Positions 44,079-56,400 of a DNA stretch of 64,000 bases are shown one piece after another. The translations under genes and the position numbers were made by a program. This DNA comes from a virus (lineage: Duplodnaviria > Heunggongvirae > Uroviricota > Caudoviricetes > Herelleviridae). The notes beneath the pieces were generated by a model. The model was not told where the DNA came from, ran no database searches, and was given only the letters and a program-made list of their open reading frames with translations. Positions within the stretch are counted from its first letter, which is position 1; each line of letters begins with the position of its first letter. The stretch lies in IMG/VR virus record IMGVR_UViG_2706795655_000001. One strand, 5' to 3'.

Positions 44079-47000
44079 TTGGCTAATAAAGAAACATTTA
44101 TATTTGATGTCAATGCCGATATAGAAAAAGCCATGAAAGGCTTAAATAAAGTTAAGCAAGCTATGGATGACATCGACAGGCTCCAGAAAAAAGGAGAAAG
44201 TCGCGGTAACACTACAAATGAGAGTGACATCCTTAATAGTATGAAACATGCGAAGCAAGCAGCTCAGGAGTATAAGAAGCTCCAATCGATGCTTAAAGAC
44301 TTGGATAAGAGTCTTAAAGGTTCGAACCAACGTATGTTCAAGGATAATGACTCCGAGCGAATGAAAAAGGTTACTGGCGTTGACATGAAATCAAAGCAGG
44401 ATTACCAGAAGTTCGTTCAAGCACAAAGACGTGAACTAGACCGTACATACACAAAAGCAATGAACGCTCAACAGAAGATGGCTCGTTTTGGTCAAACACA
44501 TACTAAGAACTTTAGTACGAACTACCAACAAAAAGGTATCATGCACGTTGATACAAAAAACCTAGACGAAGCTAAGAAAACTGTAAAGGGTATCCTCTCT
44601 GACATTAATGCTTCATCAGGTCAGTTGGATAATGTACTACAGCAAATCAGGGAAGCTAAGAAACTTGATAGACGTTCAGAAAGTTTAGCTCGTCGTGCAA
44701 GCGCTTCCGGGTACATGTCACATCAACAAGCATCTAACTTTACTAAGGATTACCAAACTGTTAATGGCTCATACAAAAATAGTAAAGATGCTAACTTAAA
44801 TCGGTTAACAGAAATCTCTACACAGTTAACAGACTTCGCAAAACAGCTTAATACGATTGAGTCAAACCCTAACGCAACAAATAAGGATATGCAACAACGT
44901 GTGAAGTTACAAAATAACATTAGAGCATTAGACCAAGAATGGACAGCTCGTACAAAACTGAATAAAATTTTAGAAACTACTACATCTAATATGCAATCGT
45001 ATCATGAATCTTTAGTAGGCACAAAACAAAAAGCAGATAGAAATACAGTTCAGGGAATGATTAGCGAACGCGCCCCGGCTATTGGTATGGCTGTTACAGG
45101 TGCAGTCGGAGCGACTATCGGCGGTCTATATAGTAAAGGTGGCGCACTAAGTAAAGAGATGCGACCTAGCGAAGTCTACATCGGTCAACAAACTGGTATG
45201 GATGGCTCTAACTGGAGAACGGATATTCGTAACAATGCTATGACAGCCGGAAAAGCTAATAAATTAGGTTTCTTAGGTACAGATATGTTAGCATTCCAAG
45301 AAAACTATTTAACAGCTAGAGGTAACACTGGTCGTAAGGATTTACAAGATGCCATGAGTGGGCAAGCAACATTTAGCCGTTCCACTGGTATCAGCGCACA
45401 AGACACACAACAATTCTTTGATACAGCTTACCGTAGTGGCGGCGTAACTGGAAGCTCAACAAAACAATTCCAGAATGCATTCTTAGGAGCTATCAAACAG
45501 AGTGGAATGGAAGGTCGTGAAAAAGACCAACTTAAAGCTCTAGATGGTATCTTACAAGGAATGACACAGGGACGTTCTATCACAAATCAAGACATGATGC
45601 AAACAATGGGATTACAAGCAGCTTTAGCTAATTCCGGCGTATCCGCATTACAAGGTAGCAAAGGTGGTCAGGCGTTAGCTGGTCTTGATGAAGGTATCCG
45701 TAATGGATTCGGTGACGCTTCTGTTCGTGTAGCGTTCGGTCAAGGTACCGAGTATCAAGGTGTAGAAGGACGTTGGAAACTAAGACAGGAAATGGAAAAG
45801 GGTGTCGCTAGTCCAGAAATCGTTAATAAGATGGCGGGTATTGCTAAAGCAGCAGGTGGCGGTAATAAAGAAAGAGAGTACGAAGCTTTCGCATCCTTCG
45901 CCAATGAACGTCTTGGTGCCAAACTCACTACACAACAAGTACAAGGTATTATGGACGAATACAACAAGGGTAACTTATCTCAAGAAAACATAAGTAAAAT
46001 TATGGAGAAGAACCAAACAGAAGGGGAAAAGGAATCTAAGAAGCGTCTTAGCAACTACCAGAAATCTAGTGCAGCTACGGATAGTCAAAGTGAAGCTACA
46101 ACAGCAGAACAAGCAGTAAAAATTAACGATATGGGTGAAGCAGTTCGTGAAGCTAACATTGCTCTAGGCGGACTACCAGCACCTCTATACGGAGCTGTCC
46201 TTGCAGTAGGAGCATTCACAGCGTCAATGTTAGCAGCAGCCGCATCGTTCGGACTTGCAGGTGTTATTAAAAACAAGTCACTAGGGACATATGGTGGTGG
46301 CGGAGGCGGAGCTGGCGGTGGAACTGTAACACCGGGAGGCGGTATTGGAGGTAGACCACCAAGCGGTGGCGTAGGTACTGGAGCAGGAGCTAATATTCCT
46401 CCGGGGTATGGGACATCTTCTGGTGGAGTAATTGTACCAGAAAGCGCAATACCACCAACAACACCAGCAATTCCGGGAGGCGCAACTCGACAATACTCTC
46501 AAGGCGGAGTCGGTAACTGGTTTAAAGGTTTATTCGACCCTAGCGCTAGAGCAGGTGGATTAGCTAACTTCGGTACAGGCGAAGCAATCGCCGGAGGAGC
46601 CGCAGTAGCAGGTGGAGCAGCAGCCGCAGCAAACGCGAATAAATTCCCTAACTTGTTCAAAGGCGGATTAAAAGGTAGTGTCGCTTTCAAAGGACTTAAT
46701 AAAATTTTACTACCTCTTGCAGCATTAACCGCTGTTAGTTCGATTTCTTCCGCAGAATCAGAAGACAAAGGTAAAGCTACTGGTAGTGCAATAGGCGGTA
46801 TCGGTGGAGGTATCTTAGGTGGAGCAGCAGCCGGAGCAGCAGCAGGTTCTATTATCCCGGGTGCAGGTACATTAGTCGGAGGAGCTATCGGGTTAACTGG
46901 TGGTATCATCGGTTCTATCTTCGGTAGTAACATCGGTGAAAGTATCGGTGGATGGTTCGACCCAGAAAAAGGTAAAGAAAAGAGCATTGCACCAGAAGCA

Positions 47001-48029
47001 CCAAAATCATCTCCATCTAGTGATGTTCCAGCAGCTACGAATACATCTACATCAGGAGCTACACCAATGGCTACTAGTATGGCGTATTCTCCAGACTCAC
47101 AGATGCCTACTAACATGCCGAACACAGCAGGTAATCCAAACGCTATCAAGGATTTAGTAGACAAGGAGAACACGAATACCAAACAGCGTACTGAAATGAA
47201 GAAGACTGACAACTTATCTTATGAAAGAGAGAACTTGACTCTTTATGAGAAAGCGCTTCAAAAGGCGGAGTCTTTATTAGCACAAGCCCGCGCTCAAAAC
47301 GGTATCATGGGTAATGCAGCAGGTGGTGGAGCAGCAGGTGGAGCTAACGGTATTAATGGTTTCACTGGCGGAGGCTCATTGAAGTTCCTAGCAGATGGTC
47401 AGAAGTGGTCAAATAGCAATGTGACACAACATGACTTAGGCTCGACTGATGCAAAGTTAACAGCAGAAGACCTAGATGCTTGGATTAACTCTAAAGCACC
47501 GAAAGATTCCATGATGAGAGGTATGGGTGCTACCTTCTTGAAAGCTGGACAAGAGACAGGTCTTGACCCACGTTACTTAGTTGCTCACGCAGCGGAAGAA
47601 TCTGCTTGGGGAACATCTAAGATTGCCCGCGACAAAGGTAACTTCTTCGGTATTGGCGCGTTCGATGACAGTCCGTACTCAAGTGCATTCGAATTTAAGA
47701 ATGGTGGAGGTTCCGCAGCAGAGAACGGTATCATGGGTGGAGCTAAGTGGATTGCAGAGAAGTACTACGGAAAAGGTAGAACGACTCTAGATGCAATGCA
47801 TAAAGCTGGTTACGCTACAAACTCTGACTGGGCTTCTAATATCGCAAGCATCATGAAGGGCGCTCCTACAGGTTCCGGCTCTGGTGCAATGACAGCGACT
47901 ATCAACGTCAATGTTAAAGGCGATGAGAAAGTATCAGATAAGCTTAAGAGTTCTTCTGATATGAAGAAAGTCGGTAAAGACATGGCGGATATGCTTGGTT
48001 TCTATTCTAAAGAGATGGTGATGGCGTAA
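44079..48029 (+). CDS. Tape measure protein with C-terminal glucosaminidase (GH73-like) domain
   Basis: Length, Gly/Ala TM-like region; LVAHAAEESAWG, NFFGIGAFD, GYATNSDW. Confidence 0.9.
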   Translation: MANKETFIFDVNADIEKAMKGLNKVKQAMDDIDRLQKKGESRGNTTNESDILNSMKHAKQAAQEYKKLQSMLKDLDKSLKGSNQRMFKDNDSERMKKVTGVDMKSKQDYQKFVQAQRRELDRTYTKAMNAQQKMARFGQTHTKNFSTNYQQKGIMHVDTKNLDEAKKTVKGILSDINASSGQLDNVLQQIREAKKLDRRSESLARRASASGYMSHQQASNFTKDYQTVNGSYKNSKDANLNRLTEISTQLTDFAKQLNTIESNPNATNKDMQQRVKLQNNIRALDQEWTARTKLNKILETTTSNMQSYHESLVGTKQKADRNTVQGMISERAPAIGMAVTGAVGATIGGLYSKGGALSKEMRPSEVYIGQQTGMDGSNWRTDIRNNAMTAGKANKLGFLGTDMLAFQENYLTARGNTGRKDLQDAMSGQATFSRSTGISAQDTQQFFDTAYRSGGVTGSSTKQFQNAFLGAIKQSGMEGREKDQLKALDGILQGMTQGRSITNQDMMQTMGLQAALANSGVSALQGSKGGQALAGLDEGIRNGFGDASVRVAFGQGTEYQGVEGRWKLRQEMEKGVASPEIVNKMAGIAKAAGGGNKEREYEAFASFANERLGAKLTTQQVQGIMDEYNKGNLSQENISKIMEKNQTEGEKESKKRLSNYQKSSAATDSQSEATTAEQAVKINDMGEAVREANIALGGLPAPLYGAVLAVGAFTASMLAAAASFGLAGVIKNKSLGTYGGGGGGAGGGTVTPGGGIGGRPPSGGVGTGAGANIPPGYGTSSGGVIVPESAIPPTTPAIPGGATRQYSQGGVGNWFKGLFDPSARAGGLANFGTGEAIAGGAAVAGGAAAAANANKFPNLFKGGLKGSVAFKGLNKILLPLAALTAVSSISSAESEDKGKATGSAIGGIGGGILGGAAAGAAAGSIIPGAGTLVGGAIGLTGGIIGSIFGSNIGESIGGWFDPEKGKEKSIAPEAPKSSPSSDVPAATNTSTSGATPMATSMAYSPDSQMPTNMPNTAGNPNAIKDLVDKENTNTKQRTEMKKTDNLSYERENLTLYEKALQKAESLLAQARAQNGIMGNAAGGGAAGGANGINGFTGGGSLKFLADGQKWSNSNVTQHDLGSTDAKLTAEDLDAWINSKAPKDSMMRGMGATFLKAGQETGLDPRYLVAHAAEESAWGTSKIARDKGNFFGIGAFDDSPYSSAFEFKNGGGSAAENGIMGGAKWIAEKYYGKGRTTLDAMHKAGYATNSDWASNIASIMKGAPTGSGSGAMTATINVNVKGDEKVSDKLKSSSDMKKVGKDMADMLGFYSKEMVMA

Positions 48030-48067
48030 GCTGTCCCTCTCTTCTTTTTAAATAAGGAGGTTTACAA

Positions 48068-48166
48068 ATGCAAGGTACAAAAGGTGAATGGATTTTCGCA
48101 TTATTAGTTAGTGTATCTGCTCCGTTCCTAATGGGGATACTCGTTGGTTATATGTTATTTAGCTAG
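48068..48166 (+). CDS. Single-TM microprotein, 32 aa
   Basis: AAGGAGG RBS; MQGTKGEWIFALLVSVSAPFLMGILVGYMLFS. Confidence 0.6.
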   Translation: MQGTKGEWIFALLVSVSAPFLMGILVGYMLFS

Positions 48167-48180
48167 AAAGGAGGAACATC

Positions 48181-50451
48181 ATGGTTCAAATTCAAAAAAG
48201 GTATCCAACATTTGAAATACAGCTCATCACAGAGGACACGTCCTACGAGCTTACATACGATACCAAGAAGCAATTGTCAAGTGATTCATTCGATAATGCA
48301 ATCATTTCATTCAGTTGTAAAAATAGTATGACAGATGATAGCCCGGCATTTGCTCTTATCGTTACAGCAGTAGATAAGTGGGATAAGATTTTAAATGCAA
48401 ATGACCTTATCAGAATTAAAGTATTCCCAGACGTAACAGATAAAGTACCGGATAACCCGTACATTATGGTTGGTATGATATCTGACATCAAGAAAGATGG
48501 AGAATACGCAAATGGTACATTAGTATATCGTATTACTGGACAAGCAATGACAAAAGCACTAATCAACTTCCAAGTAGGAGTTATCCAACAGTTCGCTGCA
48601 ATCTCACCTAGTTTTGGTTGGTTACCGGATGGAACAGAGCAAGGGTTACATTTCTCAAACAACTCTGCTGCTGGAATTGGTGATGAGCTTATGGATAGAT
48701 TCCTTTACAAGTATGCTCAATACAAGTTCACAAATGGTAAAGGTTTACAAGATTACTTCACACATAGATTCGAGAGTTGGAAAGAGGATGAATCATTATT
48801 AGACCCATCTCCATTCGTAAACTATCAAGGTAGCTTAAGACAGTTCTTAGAAGACATCGTAGCGAAACCATTTAACGAACTATTCTTTGAATACACAGTT
48901 GATGGTCAATGTGCTGCTGTAATGCGTCCTACGCCGTTTGACCCGGATAAATGGAATGCGTTAGAGACATACAAGTTTAAGAGTGATATCGTAATCCAAG
49001 AATCATTCGGTAAAAACGATAACGAAGCCTTCTCCGTTTATGTGGTACAGGCACCGAACTTACTAGAATACAACAGTTTAGATTTAGGTGTGTTCCCTAG
49101 ATTCCATCCAGAGCTTATTAAGAAGTATGGATATAAACGACTGGATGCTCAAAACAGATACTTGATGTCTGCTGATAAAGCGATGCAAGGTAATAACGCT
49201 GCTAATGGTGGGTTAACGAATTTACCAAACACAGGAGGTACAGGAACGCCAACTCCTACACCTAATCCGGGCGGCGGAACAGCTACACCTACTCCTATGG
49301 TAATGACAGTACCACAGCCAACAACTCGTACCGTAACACAACCATCATTCACAGATGTCGATGCGTTTATCAAGAGTAGTAAGTATAATGACCCAGAGAC
49401 GCTTCGTAAGCGCCGTACAGAGGTGGAAGCTGGACTTAAAGCTAAATACCCTAGCATGACGCAATCGATGACTACGAGCATCGTAGATGCCTTAAAAAAC
49501 GGTACATTTAATGCCGATACATATAAGCAGATTGCGAACTCTGCTACAGGAGACACAAACCAAACAAATAGCTCCGAGAAAAGTGTGGACAACGCTAAGT
49601 TAAAAGCATTCACAGATAGACTATATAACTGGTATTGTGAGAATCCTAACTTCTACAGTGGAGACATTCGTGTACTAGGTAACCCGATGTATCGTGTTGG
49701 TACTAGACTACACTACGAGGATGCAGAACAAGAGACTACATGGGAGTTCTATCTTGAATCGGTACAGCATGAATTTAGTTTCACAAACGGGTATTCTACT
49801 ATATTAGGAGTAACAAGAGGTTTACCAGAGAACGGGAAAGCTCGTTTCACAAACCTGTGGGGTAAATCAGAAGACTTCAAAGGCGGATACTTAGGTGAAG
49901 AAACAATGGCGCAACTTGCAGAGAAAGCAAAACAAGCCCAGCAACAAGCAGGTGGCGGAGCCGGAGGAGCTACAGGTGGTATGGGTTCTGGTGCAGGTTC
50001 CGGAGTAGCAATGCAAGCTCTAGGTACTGCAAGAGAGATGACATCTAAACCATCCGTATATGTGTTCGGTGGTGGACGTTCTGGTAGTAACCCATTCCTA
50101 AATTCACCAATCAAAATCGACTGTTCATCGTTCGTTTGGTGGTGCTATAACCTACATGGGGTTCAATTGAATGGTGGCGCTACAGGTATGACAACAGATA
50201 CGATTGCAAAGGATTCTCGACTACAGGTTATAAGCCCGCGTGGTGGAGATAAGAATGCAGCCTACGCAGCCTTACGTGAAGGGGATATCATTTACTTTGA
50301 CACATACAAATCTGACGGTCACGTTGGAATCTACTCAGGAAACAGTAAGTTCATAGGTTCCCAGAGTAGCCCGGGTATTCATGAGGAGGACTTGACTACA
50401 TCGTACTGGAAGAAGGTATTCAACGGACACGTAAGAAGGTTCACAGGCTAA
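48181..50451 (+). CDS. Baseplate hub/tail lysin with C-terminal NlpC/P60 peptidase
   Basis: YVFGG...DCSSFV...GDIIYF...HVGIY. Confidence 0.88.
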   Translation: MVQIQKRYPTFEIQLITEDTSYELTYDTKKQLSSDSFDNAIISFSCKNSMTDDSPAFALIVTAVDKWDKILNANDLIRIKVFPDVTDKVPDNPYIMVGMISDIKKDGEYANGTLVYRITGQAMTKALINFQVGVIQQFAAISPSFGWLPDGTEQGLHFSNNSAAGIGDELMDRFLYKYAQYKFTNGKGLQDYFTHRFESWKEDESLLDPSPFVNYQGSLRQFLEDIVAKPFNELFFEYTVDGQCAAVMRPTPFDPDKWNALETYKFKSDIVIQESFGKNDNEAFSVYVVQAPNLLEYNSLDLGVFPRFHPELIKKYGYKRLDAQNRYLMSADKAMQGNNAANGGLTNLPNTGGTGTPTPTPNPGGGTATPTPMVMTVPQPTTRTVTQPSFTDVDAFIKSSKYNDPETLRKRRTEVEAGLKAKYPSMTQSMTTSIVDALKNGTFNADTYKQIANSATGDTNQTNSSEKSVDNAKLKAFTDRLYNWYCENPNFYSGDIRVLGNPMYRVGTRLHYEDAEQETTWEFYLESVQHEFSFTNGYSTILGVTRGLPENGKARFTNLWGKSEDFKGGYLGEETMAQLAEKAKQAQQQAGGGAGGATGGMGSGAGSGVAMQALGTAREMTSKPSVYVFGGGRSGSNPFLNSPIKIDCSSFVWWCYNLHGVQLNGGATGMTTDTIAKDSRLQVISPRGGDKNAAYAALREGDIIYFDTYKSDGHVGIYSGNSKFIGSQSSPGIHEEDLTTSYWKKVFNGHVRRFTG

Positions 50452-50489
50452 TCGTGTTATAATATAAAAAAGGGAGGATGATTATTAGT

Positions 50490-53400
50490 ATGTCAGAACA
50501 TGAATATAGTCCATTATCTGGAATGCGATTCCAGTCACAATTAAGTAAAGAAATGAAACGAGCGTATAAGGAGGGTGACAATATTGTTACCCTTTCTTTT
50601 GCGGAAGTTATTAAAGTTAACTATAAATATAACACGGTAGACGTAATTACTACTAAACATAAAAACTCTACAACGAAGAACCCTAACGACAATGGTAAGT
50701 ACTCTGCTCGTTTACCTATACAGTTCGGTGGTAGAACACCACAAGGTAACGTGTACGGTACGAACACACTTGTAACTGTAGGCTCTAGAGTTCTAATCGG
50801 ATTCGTAGAAGGTAACAAAGATAACCCAATCGTGCTTAACATTTATGGGGCTGTCGATAATCAATCTATGCTTACTAGAACAACTATGACAGGTGGAGAC
50901 GAGTCTGACGAAGGTGTACAACGTGAACTATGGCAACTATTCAACCTGTACCCATCTATGACATACACGAATGTCGATGGTCGCGGTAACCGTGAAGTTA
51001 CTTTCTCTGGTAAGAGCTTCTTATACGTTACTGACTCTGACCAAAACAACGAATACGTACAGGACGAAGCTTTTGATTACATGGATTTACCTAGCTCACG
51101 TTACGCAAACGGAGAACTAATTGAACCAGAATCACCAAGCTCACCGACAGTATTATACGTTCATCAAGGCGTATATGAGAAACATAGATTCACAATTTTC
51201 ATTAAATCCGATGGTACATTCCGTATGGGTAGCCGTAACGCGAGTGGTCACGGTATCACATACCAACAAATGAATACAGATGGTAGTTTCTCAATTGTCA
51301 AGAAAAATGATACGACAAACCCGGAAGAAGAATCATACGACCAGTCTTCTATGGAAATCCTTAAGAATGGTAACGTACTTCTTCAAAATCCAAAACATAA
51401 GTTCGAGATTACAGACGACGGAATCCTAGTAGATGGTAAGAAGTTATCGGAGATTGGCGGAGGCGGAAGTGGAGAGAATCCAGAGTACGAAGAAGCTATC
51501 CGACAAATCAATAAAACTATCGAAACAATGTCTGTAACAATGAAATCTATTGAGGGCGGTTTAGAAACAAAGGTAGAGAAGAATACATACGAGATTGACC
51601 TTGACGAAATCAAAGGCGCGCAAGACGCGTTACTTGCAGAAATCAAAGCAATCATCGCAACATTAAAAGTTGCTTTGGAAGACTTACGTACTTTTATCGG
51701 TTCTGGTTTCCCGGATGGTAAAGTAACAGATGCTCGTAAAATAGAATTGAACAAAAAAATGCAAACTATCGATGCATCTAAAACAGTACTAGATGGTAAG
51801 TATGCAGAGGTTATGGCTGACCCATTCTTATCTGACACACTTAAGAACACGTTAAAAATCTCTAAAGACCGCGTAGATGGGTACCACCAAGCATTACATA
51901 ACGTAATCGATGCATCTATCACAGACGGTACAATCACAGCACAAGAGAAAACAGACATCAACACAGCTATCACAAACTATGTAACTTCTTTAAATAACAT
52001 AGAACCTGTGTTCACTTCTAGTATCGAAGCATCTATTGTTGAACGAATCAAAGAAGCTGTAGAGAACCCAGTCAACTACACGAATAAAGAGATGAAGAAG
52101 CAAAGCGCAATCTTTACGCAACTATTCAATGCTATCTCTATGAAAGTTAGTACGGAGGAATTAACATCTCAAGTACAAGACTTAGAGGTTAAGATGGCTA
52201 CGAAGGAGGAGCAGAAAGAACTAGTTAACGAGATTGACCGCGTTGACCAGAAAGTAAATGGCGCTCTATCTAATCTTCCATACCGAGTAGAGGTTACTTC
52301 CACAAATGGTACAGTATTCGTCAATGACTTTATCGATTCTGTTGTATCTGCTAGATTCTACAAAGGTGCAGATGACATCACATCAACAGTCGGTATCGGA
52401 GATATTATCTGGCTTCGTGTATCGGATGACCAAGCAGGAGATACAGCTTGGAACAACAACCATAAAGGTATTGGTAACTCATTCCGATTAAGTGTAAATG
52501 ATGTGAGAGACAGAGCTACATTCTTCTGCTCATACAAGACTCCTCCAGTAGCTACAGGTAGCATTACAGTAGCGAACTTAAAGGATATCTCTGTATCAAA
52601 AACAGAACCAACAAACCCACGTCAAGGTACAATGTGGTACAACATGACGGACGGTAAGTTATACGTTTACATGGATGGCAAATGGCAATTCTCAGCAGAC
52701 GGTTTAGACTTCAATATTCGTAACCTATTTACAAACTCAAGAGATTGTACAGGTGGCGGTTGGGCATTACAAAGCGCATCAAGAACAAATAGTCAATATC
52801 AAGGCACATACATCATCGAAACAGCAGCTAACTGGGGTAGCGCGGACTATGCTTGTTCTGATTTATTCACACGAGGTGTAGTAGCAGCTAATGATGAAGT
52901 TACATTCTGCGTACTCGCTAGACTAACAGGAGCTACAGGTGTTACAAGAAACTTATCATTCTTCTGTGACAACTCTGACAAGAACGGTACAGTGGTAGGC
53001 TCAGTAACTACAGATTGGAAACCATTCTACATCACGTTTAAGATGTTAGCGGCAATGAATACAGCAGGAGCTAAAATGAGATTCGAAGTAGGCGACCTAA
53101 CATCAGCTAACTTGAAGTTACAATTATGTAGCCATATCCTAGTCAAAGGTAACACACAAGTAAACTGGGTTCCAGCTCCAGAGGATACACAACGAGATAT
53201 CGACAATATCAATAAAGATGTTGGAGACATCCGAACAAACGTAGACTCATTAGGTGACGATAAAAAACTAACTCGTTTCGAAAGAAGTTTAATTCGTTCA
53301 TACTTAGCGGATATCACTGGTACATACTACAACCCAACAGATGTTCCTATTGCGTTAACAGAGATTGACAAGCCCGCTTACGGAAAAGGTAAGTTGTACT

Positions 53401-56400
53401 CAATCCGACAACAAGCTCGTAACATCGGTTTAGATACATCTAAGAGTCCTTACTATAAGAAGCTAGGAGACGCTTATACAGCTCTTATAGCTTACCTTAA
53501 TGGTTTTACACCTAAACCGTGGGATGTAACGTCTAGCGCAATCATAGACATCCCAGACAGAGTAATATGGAACCAGAAGTGGAATGACTACTACAACTTC
53601 TATTCTCTTTTCGAAATCGAAGTACAAGATAGACAAAAAGAGTACACGGAACAGCAAGTGCAAGAGATGAAGAAGGATACTATCGCAGCAATCAGTACAG
53701 CAGGTAACTACGATACTGTACCATTCGCAAACCCAGTAACAGTTACACCACCTATCGCTACACTAGGTTTACCGGAATTTCAAGGTAACCATCAGGATAG
53801 TTGGGACTGGAACGGAAGAAACTACATACTGCAATCAGATGTAGCTTACTCTTGGACAGGAAAGATGAACGATAATGGTTTCTCTACTAAGCAATTAAGC
53901 AAAGAGTCCGTTGCTATGTTCGACAAGCAAAGAGTAACAATGTCATTAGCTTATAAATTAACCAACGTTGTATATGGTACTGTAAACCCGTGGGTTGGGA
54001 TGCAGCTAACAGTAGAATATACAGATGGTACAAAAGAGTATCCTACTTGTATAGGAGGTAAAGCAGACGGGTCACCTACTACTAGTGATTTCGTTCGTAG
54101 AGCTGGTACTTACCAGATTAATGCAGCTAAATCAATAAGGAGTCTATCCATAATGTTAGGTGGACGAGACTTAACAGGTACAGTTGAGATTAAGGAGTAC
54201 AAAATCGAAGTAGCAAACAAAACTGTTGACCAAGTAGTATGGACGCAAGCACCAGAGGATGTTTGGGGTAAAGTCGGAAGACGTATTCGACCAGTAACAA
54301 ACCCTATGTTTAGCAGCGGAACGAACCTTACTATACTAGGCATGTTCTATGGTAATGGGACAGTTAATGACAAATTCGCTTGGGACACTAGCGGTACACC
54401 TGTTAAAACTAGGTACTGGGTTGATGGAGACTTAAATGACAAGCAGAGCTGGACGTATTTCACTAAAGGTTTTAATACGGATAGTGTGAATAAAGTTATT
54501 AAAGGTAGCGGTAAGAATGAATACCCTATACTATTTGATGACACGGTAGAGAATAGAATCGGTAGGTCTACTATCGCATTTTTCGACGACTACGTGATAC
54601 TAACTTGTACAGACGGTTCCGATGCATTCTACCAACTTGGCGATTACAACATGAGCCTTCATGGTTTTAGTTTAGGAGAAACAATTACATTCTCCGCAGA
54701 TGTTAACTGTGACATTGCCGGAGCATACATGTCTACATGGATTAGTGATGGTACGAATTGGATTGAATCACGCGGAGATGTAGGTGGGCTTAACACATGG
54801 CAAAGACTTAAGCATACGTTCACACTCCCGGCAAATACTAAAGGATTATTCTTCCGTATTTACTTCCCTAGAACAGCAAATGCAAACACGAAAAAATTAC
54901 GTATCAAAAACGTTCAAATAGAGCGCGGAAGTAATTCGACACCGTTCGTTTCTGCAAATAAGCAGACGTTCAAAAAAGTTAAAGCAGATGGAGCAACTTA
55001 CGCAGCTATTGGAAACATGTCAGAAGTTGTAGTAAAACACGATGGTAAACTGTTATTAAGGGATGGTAATGTTCAAGAAGCCGATAGCATGGGGGCAAAC
55101 GCTACTACCGGGACATTGTACATAGCTATCGCAGATGTTGATAGCGGTTGGGCGGACGCATACACTCCGACAGTAGAAGAGATTAAGGCGTATTTCTTAG
55201 GATGGAGAATGTGTAATGGTCAATTTAACGGGTTATACGTCTCTGGTGGTAAGGTTTGGTACCCTCATGGGGATAAGAACTTAGACCGAGCAGTAACAGG
55301 TCGAGCTACAGCACCTACAGAAGCGTCACCTTCTATCAAAGATAACTCTATTAGACCATATCAGTTCCTTTACAGATTAGTAGACCCAATCCAAGAAGAG
55401 GTATCGTTCGACGGAATCCTAGAGTTACTTCCAAAGGCTAACGTTGTAACAACATACTACCCAACATGGACATCTCCTATTCTTGCAGGTACCATCAAGT
55501 ACGGTATAAACTTAGCAACAGTCAATCAGGACACTCGTTATATTGTTCCGACAATGATGAAAAGGATTGCTAGTGCAGAGCAGAAGATAACTGACGAGGC
55601 AATCACAAGTACCGTTGTCAACTCTAGGGAGTACACACTTGGTATGAAGAGTAAAGCCGACTCTAGTGACTTAGGTAACTACGCTACTAAAGACGAACTA
55701 GCAAACGTAGACAAAGGTGTGAATGACCGTATACAAGGGGAAATTGACAAAATCGACTTCTCGCCTTTCGCGGAAAAATCGCAACTAGAGCAAACAGCTA
55801 GAGACTGGAATGCAAAGTTCTCCGCAGCAAATGGTATGAACACTATCAAGAACTCTATCGGGTTCAGTGGTACAGACTTCTGGGACATGTTCCAAGTTAA
55901 TACGACTGTCGAAACAATCTCTAACTCCGCACTAGATAGTCTAGGTTTAGGTAGTGGGTTCTACTTTAGAAAGGATGGTAAGAATAAAGGTATCACCCAG
56001 AAAGTAAAAGTTATTCCGAACCAACCTTACACACTAGGGTTCTACTTAAACAAAATGACGAAAGGTGCGAAGGGCGACCAAACGTACCGATTCTGGATTC
56101 AAGTTATGAATAGTGCCGGGACAATCACGCATCAGATAGATGATAACAGTGATAAGACAACAAACGGTTTAGAGGGTTCATACTTAACATTTACGCCTTT
56201 AGAAGATACAATAACAGTTCGTTTTGTGTCCTACGCGAACGTTGAAGCTATCGTTTCTGGTATAATGTTAAATATAGGGGATATTCCTTTACAGTGGACT
56301 CTAGCTACAGGCGAACTGTATAACACAAACGTGCGTATGAACCTAAACGGCTTACGCGTAGCGCAGCTCGACGCTAATGGTGCCGAAGTTGGTTATACAC

